A DNA stretch of 64,000 nt from Callorhinchus milii (Eukaryota). Location of the stretch: the NCBI RefSeq assembly GCF_018977255.1, contig NW_024704743.1, forward strand, positions 40,116,001 through 40,180,000, written 5' to 3'. The position numbers were made by a program, and so were the translations under genes. Below the pieces are notes generated by a model. That model was not told the origin of the DNA and made no database searches. It saw only the letters and a program-made list of their open reading frames with translations. Of the stretch, positions 38,731-50,447 are shown piece by piece (position 1 is the first letter of the stretch; each line of letters starts with the position of its first letter).

Positions 38731-38965
38731 ATAAAGGCAAAATACTGCAGATGCTTGAAATCTGAAATAAAAACAGAAGACGCTAGGAACACTCAGCGGC
38801 TCAGACTGCACTTACGGAGAGAGGAAAGTGAGTTAACGTTTCAGGTTGATAAGCCTTCGTCAGAACTGAAACGTTAACTTCGCCATCGATCTGAAACAAT
38901 AACTTACTTTCTTTTCTTTAGAGATGCTGCCTGACCTGCTGAGTGTTCCCAGCGACTTCTGCTAT
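38731..38965. mobile_element. Penelope-like element terminal-repeat remnant in inverted (palindromic) arrangement
   Basis: AAAATACTGCAGATGCT.GAAATCTGAAATAAAAACAGAA..GCTAGGAACACTCAGC..GAGTTAACGTTTCAGG is mirrored by CTGAAAC..AGATGCTGCCTGACCTGCTGAGTGTTCCCAGC..TTCTG; matches the common shark PLE repeat as recalled. Confidence 0.8.
38831..38867 (-). ncRNA. Minimal type I hammerhead ribozyme motif (Penelope-associated)
   Basis: Minus RNA: AGUU-CUGACGA-AGG-cuuaucaa-CCU-GAAA-CG-UU^AACU. Helix I AGUU/AACU, core CUGANGA and GAAA, helix II AGG/CCU, palindromic AACGUU in place of helix III. Confidence 0.7.
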
Positions 38966-39169
38966 TAAGTATATATTGTATTGTATCAGATTAGATGCCT
39001 TGCATTAGATGTACAAGATTAGATTATGCTTTCTTCTCACCTTCCAGCTCAGAACATGTCCCAAGTCCATTCAGCACCGATATTGCCCTCCCAAAGTGAA
39101 AGGCGCTATACCAATGTAATTTGTTATTGTACCAAAACATAATTTACTCTGGAGCGATGCCACAATTGA

Positions 39170-39640
39170 TACATTGGGAGCAGATTTGGGAGCTGCACTA
39201 TTAGAAAGAGTCTTAGAACTCCATGAAGGATACTGCATAGATTCATGAAGATGATACCAGAAAGGAGCTGATATAGTGGCGAGGAGAGATTGGGGGAGAG
39301 AGGACGTTTTCTGTTGAAGCAGAGAGGTTAAGGGATGATGTGATAGAAGTGTTCAGGATAATGAAAGGGTTTGAGAGGATAAATGGTGGGTAAATATTGC
39401 TGTTTATAACTAATTCAAGGTCTAGAGGGCATGATTTTAAGATTATAATTAGGATCATGAAGTGGAGAGTTATATACCAGAAGGTTGTCAGTGTGGAATA
39501 AATTGCCATGGGATTGTTGTTGGATAAGACTCGAATGGGTATTAAAGAGACATATGTGAAGGGGATATTAGAAGGTACAGAGAAGGAGCAAGATATTGTG
39601 ATTTGGATAGAATTTAATTGCAGGATCAAACACCAATATT
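39170..39640 (+). mobile_element. Degraded CR1 3' fragment
   Basis: AGAGAGGTTAAGGGATGATGTGATAGAAGTGTTCAGGATAATGAAAGGG (RLRDD.IEVF.IMKG), TCTAGAGGGCAT. Confidence 0.75.
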
Positions 39641-39814
39641 AATAGAGTCAGAAGGACACCCAAACCCAAACTCACTGACAATGTTTAGCCCCAGTGCTAT
39701 CTTCACAGTAGAATGGGGAAATATATTGTACTGAATCAAACATAATCTATGCCGGCAACATGATGGAAAATAAAACTATCCAAATGTAATATTCACAAGA
39801 TCACAAGAATGGCC

Positions 39815-40072
39815 TGAATTAAGGAAGCTGTAACCAGCCGAGGGTAGGTAGTGGGTGATGAAGTTGCGGGGCAAGTAGATCAAATACATAGGACATGAAG
39901 GGATTTGAAAACAAGTGAGAGGATCTTGAAATCGATCCATTTGGTAATTGGGTGGCATGGACTTGTGTTGATGGAAATATGAAGTTTTGTGCGAGCGAGT
40001 ATTTGGGCGGCGGAGTTTTGAATTAATTGAATTTTGTGTATGGTTGATTTGGGGAGACCAGCGAAAAGCTTT
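39815..40072 (-). mobile_element. L2 ORF2 C-terminal fragment
   Basis: Minus ORF encodes LFAGLPKSTIHKIQLIQNSAAQILARTKL..WIDFKILSLVFKSLH. Confidence 0.85.
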
Positions 40073-40080
40073 AGCAAAAA

Positions 40081-40318
40081 AGCCTGCTTCACATTCCCAC
40101 CCTATTGGTGGGCCATTTTGCTCTTGCTCTCTGGTACTCCATCCCGGACTCCGCAGACTCCCCCTTCATCCTCACTTTCAAAATCTGCCTCAAGAAACAT
40201 CTCTTTCGGTCATCTCCTCCTCCTCCATCCCCCTCAGCTATTGTGCCCAGCCCAGCCAACTGTGTAAAGGGCTTGCAAACATTCTCCTGACGTTAAAAGC
40301 GGCATAAATTGTATTTTA
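40081..40318 (+). mobile_element. L2 3' end fragment
   Basis: AGCCTGCTTCAC..CTCTGGTACTCCATCCC..TTTCAAAATCTGCCTCAAGAAACATCTCTTT..TCTCCTGACGTTAAAAGCG. Confidence 0.75.
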
Positions 40319-40557
40319 TGTATTTTTGCTGACATCACTAGTTACCCATTGCATATTTGTTGTACATGCAAGAAGCATGACTAACATTGAATTCCTTCGT
40401 GACGAAAATGACATTAGCAGCACTTCCTGAACACAGTGCTTATGCGCTATGCACATCACGTCAGTGGTGACCTGGTGACCTGGCCATTTGTATTCACTTT
40501 TTTAGTGCAGGAATCTGATTAATCAGTGTCAGTACCAGGTAAACGTCACTTCTGTCA

Positions 40558-40775
40558 TAACAACAGCAACAAATTGCATTTATATAGTGCCTTTCATGTC
40601 GGGAGGACCTCCCAAGGTGCAAGACAGTAAAGGATTTGCACCCGAGCTGAGGGGTGGAGAGCAATGGGGTGGGGGTGGGAAAATGACCGAATGCATGGTC
40701 AAAGAGGAAGATGAGCCTTGAAGGAGGTAAGGGAGGGAGCGAGGCTGAGAGGCTCTGGGATGGTGGAGCAATCAA
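40558..40775 (-). mobile_element. L2 3' end fragment
   Basis: CAACAGCAACAAATTGCATTTATATAGTGCCTTTCATGTCGGGAGGACCTCCCAAGG. Confidence 0.85.
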
Positions 40776-41549
40776 GGCGGGTTCACAGGAAATTCACACT
40801 CAAACAAGACATATTATAATGGAGCTGCCCTGTACTACACAAAATATTCTGCAGATTTCTTATTCCTCAAAAAAAACTGTCATGGTTAATTTTGAGACGA
40901 CAAAGACATTTTCTAAAGGTATTGTATCTCAAGTAGATTCGATTTTGACAGGTTATAAACTGAGTGGTACTAAGCCTTGAAAAATGGAACAGAAGCTGTC
41001 ACATCATCTCCTTGTCCTACAATATCACCCGTTTATTATTCAACACTTGTTCACGGAGAATCAGAAGAGTAAGCAGTTTTCTTTTGTAAACGCCAAAGTA
41101 TTAGTCTTGTCGTGAGCTACAGTTAAATTAAAACACGTGACAGAAGGAATTACAGGGGTGGAGTAAATGGAAAGCTCATAAACCCTTTCTCAGAAAATTC
41201 TCTTAGTATTTAGCACAGCTATTTTAATTGATTATAGATTAAATCTCAGCAAAGTACCATCTTTGTTTCCCCACCTCGTAATTTAATTGCTGCTTCCTAT
41301 GTTGCGACAGGAGCAGCCAGCAATTTAAAGAGGGGATGAAGAAAAAAAGCAGCCTTCATTAATCACCTGCCGCAAAAGTACTGGTTTAGCAGAATCTTTA
41401 AAATCAAGAGCATTTTATTAATCAACCACTTAGCATGGACAAGACTTTTACACCTGCATGGGGGACCACCAGTGCTGTGATACGTCAACAGAGGACGTCT
41501 CTTTCCTCTCATCCCACCCCCACATTCATTAACTGCTCAGGTGAAATTC

Positions 41550-43890
41550 TCTATCCTGCTATCTCAACATGTTCCGCTCGGAGTTCGACTGGAGTGGGGG
41601 CAGTGTGGAGTGCGGGAGGCCTCTAGCCACCGGAGTGGGGACCGAAGCGACTCATATGCGACTGACGCCTAGAGTGAGGCCTGAATTAACGCCTGGAGCA
41701 GGGCCCCTGCCTTACACGCGAGTGGGGCCTGAAGCATGGCTGAGCAGGGCTCGACGACAATACTGGCGCGGGATCCGACACCCCAAACAGCGACCAGATC
41801 CAACACAGAGACCGAACTTACAAGTCCACACGGAAGCAAAGTGGGATTTGTTGCCTCAGCAGGTCCAAAGTGCCATCACAGCCATTGCTGACAGTCCTGG
41901 TCAATATCCGACCAAAGACCGGCTGCCGCGTGACGTCACATCTGCCCGCCACCTTTGAATTTCTGAGTCTCAACTCACTGGATCTATAAGACGAGTGATC
42001 CACTCCAGCAGCTCACACGCTGAACCCCCAGTTCGCTCTTAGTCTCGGCGTGAACATTTTAGCTACCGCCACCGACCCGAGCTGGTTCCCCAAAGTGCTC
42101 CCATGCCTGTCCTCTACCTTCCACTATTCCTGATCGTTCCTCCTCTCTCACCGCCCTGCCCAATTCCTATCCCTGCTCAACCATCTCACAGCCTCCCTCT
42201 GCTCCAGCCTGTGAACCTCCATCGGCAGATGCCACTGGCTGTCCAACAGCAGCCACTCTGACTGCCCTAACTTCTAATCTCACTGCAAGGTCCCTGACCA
42301 CGGGGGCAACTCTCCTCCCTCATCCCCATCCCCACCATCTCTGTCAGTCCTCCCCCAAGCCCCCCACATTCCACCACCAACTGTCCCCTCCGCATCGGCC
42401 TACAAAATGTCTGTACTCTCTCCAATAAAACATTCACCATCCAAGACCTCATTGTTGACGAAAACATCGACATTCTCGCCCTCACCAAAACCTGGGTCAC
42501 TCCAGGTGACACCTTCCCCTGATGGAGGCCACACCATCCAGTTACACCTTCCACTACACCCCACGACCTAACCGCTGTGGTGGCAGTGTGTCTTTCATCT
42601 CCCGGACCCCACTCGGTCTATCCTCTCACTCCATTTGATTTCTCATCCTCCTTGCCCTTTCTGCTGCCTTCAATACCGTTGACCACTCTATCTTCATCCA
42701 CCACCTCTCCTCTCACCTCAACCTTCATGGTTCTGTCCTTGAATGATTCAGATCGTACCTCTCACACCATTCCACCTCATCTCCAATTTCTCCTCTGGAC
42801 CCCTCACAATCTTGTTCAGCATTCCTCACAGCTGTGTCCTTGGTCCGCTGCTCTTCAATATTTACATGCTCCCTCTTGGTGACATCATCTGCAGACATGG
42901 GGTCAACTTCCACATGTATGCGGATAATGCCCAACTCTATCTCTTTGCCTCCACCCTTTACTCCAGGACCACTGTTGTCCTGACAGAATGTCTGTCAGAC
43001 ATCAAGTCCTGGATGAGAGTTAATTTTCTTCAGTTGAATGTCAACAAGACCGAGGCTCTACTGATTGGCTCCCATCAGCGCCTCCTCACCCCAGGCACTG
43101 ACAGCATCACCATCCATGGATGCACACTCCACCTTGCTAAGCCAGTCCGGAAACTTGGTGTCTTATTTGATACTCAAATATTCTTTCTACCACACATCTG
43201 CGCCATGAATGTCTCTGCCTTCTCCCACCTCCGCAACATCGCCCGGCTCCGCCACTGTCTCACACCGCAGGTCACCAAAATCTTCATAAATACATTCATA
43301 ATATCGAGTATTGATTATGCAAACTCCTGGCGTATCGGTCTCCCCAACTCCTCCTTCCATAGGCTGCAGATCATCCAGAGGTCTGCAGCCCATGTCTTCT
43401 CCCACACCAGGCTCCGTGACCTTATCATCCCCATCCTCGCCCGACTCCACTGGCGTCCCATCACACAGAGGGTACAGTTCAAGATACTGGTCCTCACCTT
43501 CAAAGTTCTCCATGGCCTTGCTCCAACCAACCTCTGCGACTTCCTCATCCCCTACCAGCCAGTCCGCTGCCTCCACTCAGCGGGCTCCAGCCTGCTTCAT
43601 GTCCCCTGTCTTGCCCACCCAACCACTGGCAGGCGGGCTTTAGCCACTCTGCTCCCACCCTCTGAAAATCAATCCTGTAATCCTGCCACTTCGCCCCCTC
43701 CCTTACCTCTTTCAAGACCCATTTCAAGACCTACCTCTTCGACCTTGTCTTTGATCACCCTCCTTCCCCACCTGCCTTCCATGCTCCCCAATCCTGACCC
43801 CCAGCTCGATTCAGAAATACTGATCCAGCACCTTCTTGTGTCCTCCCGATGTGAAAGGCGCAATACAAGTATAATTTTGTTGCTGTTGGT
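41550..43890 (+). mobile_element. L2 LINE with 5' region, APE start, about 1.4-kb internal deletion, RT and 3' tail (5' boundary uncertain)
   Basis: LRIGLQNVCTLSNKTFTIQDLIVDENIDILALTKTW (APE N-terminus); ORF 42743-43996 has [11 protein letters not shown] and FHMYADNAQLY (YADD mutated); tail CCTCCCGATGTGAAAGGCGC. Confidence 0.9.
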
Positions 43891-44154
43891 GGTGGTTATG
43901 CTGTGTTTTGCCAGCCAGGCAGGTTGCCATGTGAGATGTGAGCAAGATTACATTCATTTCATTCCGTGCTTTGAAATGAGCAAGAGAATCTGTTAAAAAC
44001 ATAATGCTTTATAATCACCGAGGTGACATCTGCAACCTATTATGTGTTCTCTCTCTGTCTTCGCATTAATGGAACCTCTATGAAAAAGGTGAGCAAAGTT
44101 TTGTTGATGTTGCTGTTAATTAATATTGGTGTTTATTGGTGTCTTAATTCAGTC

Positions 44155-44408
44155 TCTCTGCCCCCACAATCTGGAACTCCATCCCACAGTCCCTTCGCCT
44201 TGCTTCCTCCCTTGCTTCCTTCAAGGCCTGTCTCAAGACTCTCCTCTTCAATTGTGCCTTCAGTCGCCCTCCCCCCTCTCAGCCTTCCCTCACCCCAATC
44301 CCACCCCTCCCCCATGCTCGGGTCCTACCCTTGACTGTCCAGCGCCTTGGGATGTCCTCCCGACGTGAAAAGCACTCTATAAATGTAATTTTGTTGTTGT
44401 TGTTGTGG
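44155..44408 (+). mobile_element. L2 3' end (family A type)
   Basis: CTGTCCAGCGCCTTGGGATGTCCTCCCGACGTGAAAAGCACTCTATAAATGTAATTT(TGT)n. Confidence 0.9.
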
Positions 44409-44794
44409 TGAACCTATTCACTAATCAGCAGGTTTTTCTCCCCATCTCCAGGACAATAGATGGATCCAAAGATGGTCACTTTTGAATGCCTGTTTGTGAG
44501 ATACCAGCTCATCTCAACCATAAAGTCGGTAACCTGTTCAGTATCAGTCCAATCCATGGGCCAACAGTCTCTATTTTGATGCCATAATGTACTTATGTCC
44601 AGAGCAGTGGACCAGTCAAATCACCTCCCAGCTCCAGTGAATTTGCAAGCAATATATCAGCACATTCATCCATACATCTCCAATATATCACTATTATTTA
44701 TTTGTCTGCTTACTTGCTCCACTCTGTAAAAGTAGGGCTGAATGGCATGGCATTTACTTTTTCAAGTGGTGTTAGAGCCAATGGAGCATTCTGT

Positions 44795-45381
44795 TCCCTT
44801 GCTCACACCTTTGTCACTTCCCGGCTGGACTTTTCCAATGCCCTCCTCGCTGGTCTCCCGAGTTCCACCTTACACAAAATTCAATCAATTCAGAACTCCA
44901 TCGCCCGGATACCAACCCGCACAAAACTCAGTACCCCCAACCCCAACAGTCCTTGCCAGACTGTACTGTCTCCCAATTACCGAATGGATCGACTTCAAGA
45001 TCCTCTCACTTGTTTTCAAATCCCTTCATGCCCTCGCACCTCCCTACCTATCTGACCTGCTTAACCCCCTTTCTACCACCCGCTGCCTCCTCTCGGCTGG
45101 TTCTGGCCTCCTATTTGTCCCTTGTGCCTTCTGTTCCATCACTGGCGCCCGTGCTTTCAACCACTATGCCCTGAAACTCTGGAATTCCCTCCCTCAATCC
45201 CTCCGGCTTGCCCCCTCCCTCCCTGCTTTCAAATCACATCTGAAGATCTTCCTTTTTGATCGTACTTACAGTCACCTCCCACCCCTCTCTTCCCCTGGTT
45301 CAGAGTCAAACTCCGCCACTGTGAAGCGCTCCAGGACACTACCCTGCGTGAAGGGCGCTATATAAATGCAAGTTGTTGTTT
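44795..45381 (+). mobile_element. L2 3' fragment (family B type)
   Basis: LAHTFVTSRLDFSNALLAGLP, WIDFKILSLVFKSLHALAPPYLSDLL, AFNHYALKLWNSLPQSLR. Confidence 0.92.
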
Positions 45382-45984
45382 TCATGTTTGTGTAACTCTG
45401 ATTAAAGTTCTTTAAGTAAAATTATTTAAGTTATTGAAAAGCTAACGAGCAAGTAAGTTTCAAGTTGCTTTTTCTCGATGCTAATAGATCAAAGTCAGAC
45501 AAGAAGGTCACAGCTCAGTGATTCAAAGCTGCAGGATCTGGAATGGAAAGCATGTGTTTACTATTACATTCACTGGATGCTGAGAAACGTATTTTGGTGA
45601 GTATTAACCTTTTGCAATTAATCATAGATTGAAGCTCCTTGCACTGGATATTGGAGACACTGCTCCTCCTTTTTATCCACTGCACTAAAACTAATCTCTT
45701 GGCCACTTGGTGAAGTAATTTTGTCTAATCAAGAACATCAGTGAAATCCAAGATTCCAGGTGTTGCCCTCTGTACTTCTGTGACCACAGCCGAGGATAGG
45801 TAGGCTCGAGAGAGAGGGAGGGAGAAATGAAAATATTTCATGTCATCATTAAATCTCCTGAGCTTCATAAATTTCTGACATTCCGAATTTCAGATCCAGC
45901 TAAATTCCATTGACACTTCACCGTATATAATCAAGGTTTCTTATCGCCTTTGAGTGATTTCCAGCACAAAGCACTGCTACATCA

Positions 45985-46600
45985 AAATAATATTAAGAAT
46001 ACTAGCGTTTGATATAGCACCTGATCAACCTCCAAAAAACAAAACAATAATAAATTGGTCATTTTCAATCCATGACTGTTTGTGGGACACTGCTGTGCGC
46101 AATTGGCTGCCGTGTTTCGCCCACAAATATACGGTCAATTCATTTTACAGTCTATTCCGTGAAGCGTTTTGAGACATCGAAAAGATGTGAAAAGCGCTAT
46201 ATCAAATGCAAGGATTATTATTATTAATATTATTAAGTCAAAGCACCTCAAAGTGGTTCACAAAGATTTCTGTAAAGCTTACTTGTAGGCGAACACGACA
46301 GCTAATTTGCTTGCAGCAATGTCCTACAACCAAGTTTATCTGTGGGATTGTTGGTCAGGACACCAGGAGAAACTCCCTTTTTTGAATAGTCTCATGGGAT
46401 CTGTTTTGCCTTTCGTCCACAAAATATACAGTCAACTCACTTTACCGTATATTCTGTGAAGCGCTTTGAGACATCTCGAAGACGTGATAAGGCGCTATAT
46501 CAAATGTAAGGATTATTATTATCTGTAACATCCATCTGGCAAGGCAATATAGCTCTCACCAGTCCTGCATTGGTGTGACCGCCTAGATTAGGATCTGCCT
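45985..46600. mobile_element. Old minus-strand Deu SINE interrupted by two plus-strand young SINE 3' fragments (about 46028-46235 and 46405-46520)
   Basis: Minus Deu sequence GAATAGTCTCATGGGATCTGT|...|ATCTGTAACATCCATCTG is split with ATCTGT duplicated; both inserts end AAATG(C/T)AAGGATTATTATT. Confidence 0.75.
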
Positions 46601-47779
46601 TGATACTAGGGTCTCATTTTCAGCAATTCATAATGGGAGTCGTTATTAGCTAAAATCAGAAATAGGAAGTCCTGTTAATAACAAGAAGTGTGTCCCACTG
46701 ATATGTATGGAAGTAGATGGAGCTTTTCTTGCTGGTCGTTGTGACGCGCTCTCTGGTAGGATTTCTACTTGCAACTTAGAGCCAGCATTAACAACTCCAG
46801 TTATGAAACTCAGCAAATTGAACCTCATTGTTTTGCTGCATCACTATTTCACAAAAAATATGGAAACAAAACTGACTGTCTTTTAGTAACATCTATTTAT
46901 CCTCCAAGCTACATGAAACTCCAAGCTATGCCCTTTTTTTGGGGGGGTGGGGGGCAAGATTACAGAAATCATGAGGATTACAGTTTAGATAAAATTTATG
47001 TTGAAATGGAAGTGTTTCTTCGAGTTGAAAATAATAAATCTGTAAACTTAAATTATGAATCATTTATAACTAAATGAGAGCAGTCTCCAATTTTAAATGA
47101 CAGATGAATCAACCCAATGTTGAACTCAGGAAAAGAAATAACTTCCAGGAAACGACCTATTTAGTCAGGACTCTTTCTGAATCCTGCTTCTCCCAAATGG
47201 AACGTTGTGTTTCCTGGTAAAAGCTTAATGTCTGTATGATTTATTTGTGCTAGAAATTGATTTTGCACACAGCACCTTGTAAGAATAATTGATTTTTATT
47301 TTGTTTTCTTCAGTTCTGCTGAAAGCTCCCAGATTCTCCTGGCTACAACACTGTTTATAGGTTGGTAACAAGGAGCCTTGAGTACTCATGCAATGTTAGA
47401 TTCACATTTGATTTATGACCCAGAAGACTATTAGATGGCATTACCATTCCCCATGAACTCATTGACTGATTATAGTTAAATGTTCAATCCTCGCAGTCCT
47501 TTACTTGCTGGCACTGCTCCTTGTATTTGAAGGCCTAATCTGATCTAATGGGCTGCAGTCAGAGCACGGACAGGTACTATATGGGAATATGTGAGGAGAA
47601 ATTTCACCTGGGTCTAGATTTGCTCTTGGTAGCAAAGTGTCCAGAATTTCATAAATTGTTGATTTCAGTCTTAACATTGAAGTTGTTTTCCTGTGGTTTC
47701 TAAAAACTTACAGAAAACCATCTTCAAAATTAAGGCGAAATACTAAATGCAAAATTAAGGAATTACTCCCCTCGAGAAG

Positions 47780-47828
47780 TTTTTTTTCTTTTTTTTTCTT
47801 TTTTTTTCTTTTTTTTTCTTTTTTTTCT
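47780..47828. repeat. (T9C)n 10-bp-period simple repeat
   Basis: TTTTTTTCTT repeated about 5 times. Confidence 0.9.
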
Positions 47829-48084
47829 ATTGAAATGCATTTTAAATAGATGTCAGTTTAGTAACAGGGTGATTTGTTAAGATGCACAGAATAAATTACA
47901 CGATGGGTCAAGGTTAAAAAATTAAGTCTCTTGTTTCTTTAAGACCCTTTACAAGCTAAGTAGTCTCTCTTCTTTTTGATCCATGCCAGTAAGGCAATCT
48001 GTATCTGAAGCTTCTCTATGGGCAATTTTCTACCATATACATTGGTACCCCTGACAACAGTAAATAGAGTACCCCCCACCCTCA

Positions 48085-48582
48085 GCCTTACTCAGCGTCA
48101 TCCAAAACTCTGCCGCCCGCATTCTTACCAAACTCCGCTCCGCAATTACCCCATTCCTTGCCAGACTGCACTGGCTCCCTGTCCCAGAGAGGATCGACTT
48201 TAAGATCCTCACTCTTCTCTTCAAATCCCTCCATGCCTCTGCACCCCCCTACCTCTCTGACCTCTCTCCTCACAACAGTACCCGTTGCCTTCGCTCCCCC
48301 GGGTCTGGCCTCTTCCTTGTCCCCTGAATCCTCCGCTCCACCATCGGCGGCCGTGCTTTCAGCCACTATGCCCCGAGGCTCTGGAACTCCCTTCCTCTCT
48401 CCTTTTGCCTCGCCCCCTCTCTTCCTATTTTTAGGTCCCTGCTGAAGATCTTTCTTTTTGACCGCGCCTTTGGTCACCTTCCTCCCCCTCCCCCTGGTTC
48501 GGCCCCGGGATCCGTTACTGTGAAGCTCTCTGAGACACCGTCCGGCGTGGAGGGCGCTATATAAATCCAAGTTGTTGCTGTC
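48085..48582 (+). mobile_element. L2 3' fragment (family B type)
   Basis: QRHPKLCRP/IQNSAARILTK, LARLHWLPVPERIDFKIL; tail GGCGCTATATAAATCCAAGTTGTTG. Confidence 0.92.
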
Positions 48583-50209
48583 CAACCTCGTCCTTGTAAA
48601 TATTACTGATATAGTACGCTATGTGAAGGGTGTGTATTAATGCCAGTTATTGTGGTAAGGCAAACCTTCTAAAATATGCACCTTGCAAAATCCAAGCTTG
48701 GCTTTACCTAACCTACATTATTTGATTCATCTCCTGCTCTGTTCAACTGTGGTAGCTTCCTGTACACTGGCCATTGGCCCACGACTTTTGTTTAATAATA
48801 CAAATACGTTGTGCTCACCACTGTATCAATATCAAAAAAGCAATATCAGATGCCGGAGTAGGAAAAAATAAACAAAAGACTTACAGTTTGGAAGTAGATG
48901 TCAAAGATGCTCCTTGAAAACACAGATGTCTTCACTGATATATTTTGTTTAACTTGCAGTTGCTGCCAACACAAACCATCTTCAGAGCAGACATTTATAA
49001 CTTCTAGTAGACATGGCTTTTCAGGCAAACCTGAAAGGAGTACAAGATTGACACTATAAATTCTTTCTATCTCTCCCCCCAACCCTCCACCATGCAGCTT
49101 TTCCTTTGGACTCAATTCAAAGTAAACTGTGATGTAAATTACCCGCACAACCAAAGCACCGTTTCATATAATCAGAACTGATCTTGGTCGTAACTCCAGA
49201 TTGAATTCTCAAAACTTTGAATGTGGTTGATGTTATAATTAAGAGTAATAATATCAAATAATATCATATGGCACAGTTTGCCTCCCAAGATCTACTGGAT
49301 AGTAACTCTTGCCTTTTTCACTTTTTATTGGATTGAGGGCTTGTGCACACCATGTTCATGCATGAAGATAGACCTTAACTGGTACAATGAAGCAACCACC
49401 GGTTCACAAGATTGATTTGGATGAAAAAGGCCTTTCGGATCGTTTGATCTCATTCCCTCCAGCATACCAGCCCCCCGTTTTCCCATCATAACATTGTTTA
49501 ACAACATTATTGGCCAAAAGTCAACCACTTTATCAAAGTCAACCTTTAAGTTCGCTGCTCTCTCACCCGAGCCAGATCATTTTCCCTTTGTTTCAGTTTT
49601 ACATTTCACTGCTGTGCCATATTTCCTGCTGTTCCATATTCCTACATCTGCTTATGTATACTGTGACAAATGGCTTGTTATATTTTAAATTTATGAAATT
49701 CACATGAAGCCGGTGAGCAGATTAATGGTATGACAAAACTGCAGCTGATAATTATGTTTTCAAGTGAAAGCCACCATTATGAGAAGCTAATTTTTTTTCA
49801 TATTACTTGCCAGCTTTTGCTTTCAAAATGCAAATTTTTTTCATTTTATGTGGAAAATGTGCAAAGGAAGTGCAGGCTACTTATGCCTATGATTTGCAAC
49901 AACAAAGCTGCCTCATTGAGCGACCCGCAGCAGACAGACAAATGTTTATTTCGCAGTTAATGCATCAGATTGTCTCCCTTTGTCCACCTGCTGTGTAAAC
50001 CCTCAGCACCATTTCATTGGCTCTGTTTGGACGTGCTCTTTTCCACTGTGGATTGCTTCTATGCACAATCTGCATGGTTCACTAAGCCCCATATTAATAA
50101 AATGGATACTAGATGTATTTTGCAGTGAGATCTGCACATTAAGAGTCCTGACAGAGCTCACTGTCTCCACACAAGGTCACAAGAGAAGTTTGATTGAAGA
50201 AGCCGCATT

Positions 50210-50440
50210 ACAACATTTTAATCTCATCTTCCAGCCCTACCAACTTCACTTTATTGCATCAAACAGTTTCTTAAATGAATTAAATGCTCTGGCCTCAATC
50301 ACCCACCCCGTTAACTTGTTTCAGATGATTATTAACCTTTGTGTAAATCCCTCTCTCGCCCTCCGTTTTGTCAAAAAAATAATCTTTCTGTTGCCTGTAT
50401 GGGTTCTGTTTGAAATATCATTTTGCAGCCTCAACCTAGT
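50210..50440 (-). mobile_element. Degraded CR1 3' fragment
   Basis: TTGCATCAAACAGTTTCTTAAATGAA..GGCCTCAATCACC..TTGTTTCAGATG; same family as 10540-10850. Confidence 0.5.
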
Positions 50441-50447
50441 TCCCAGT

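Noticed and set aside
42743..43996. 417-aa ORF as a functional reverse transcriptase or host gene
   Set aside because: L2 fragment with YADD changed to YADN, an upstream internal deletion and a frameshifted C-terminus
47314..47364. Exon after TTTTGTTTTCTTCAG
   Set aside because: Only weak donors and no recognisable peptide
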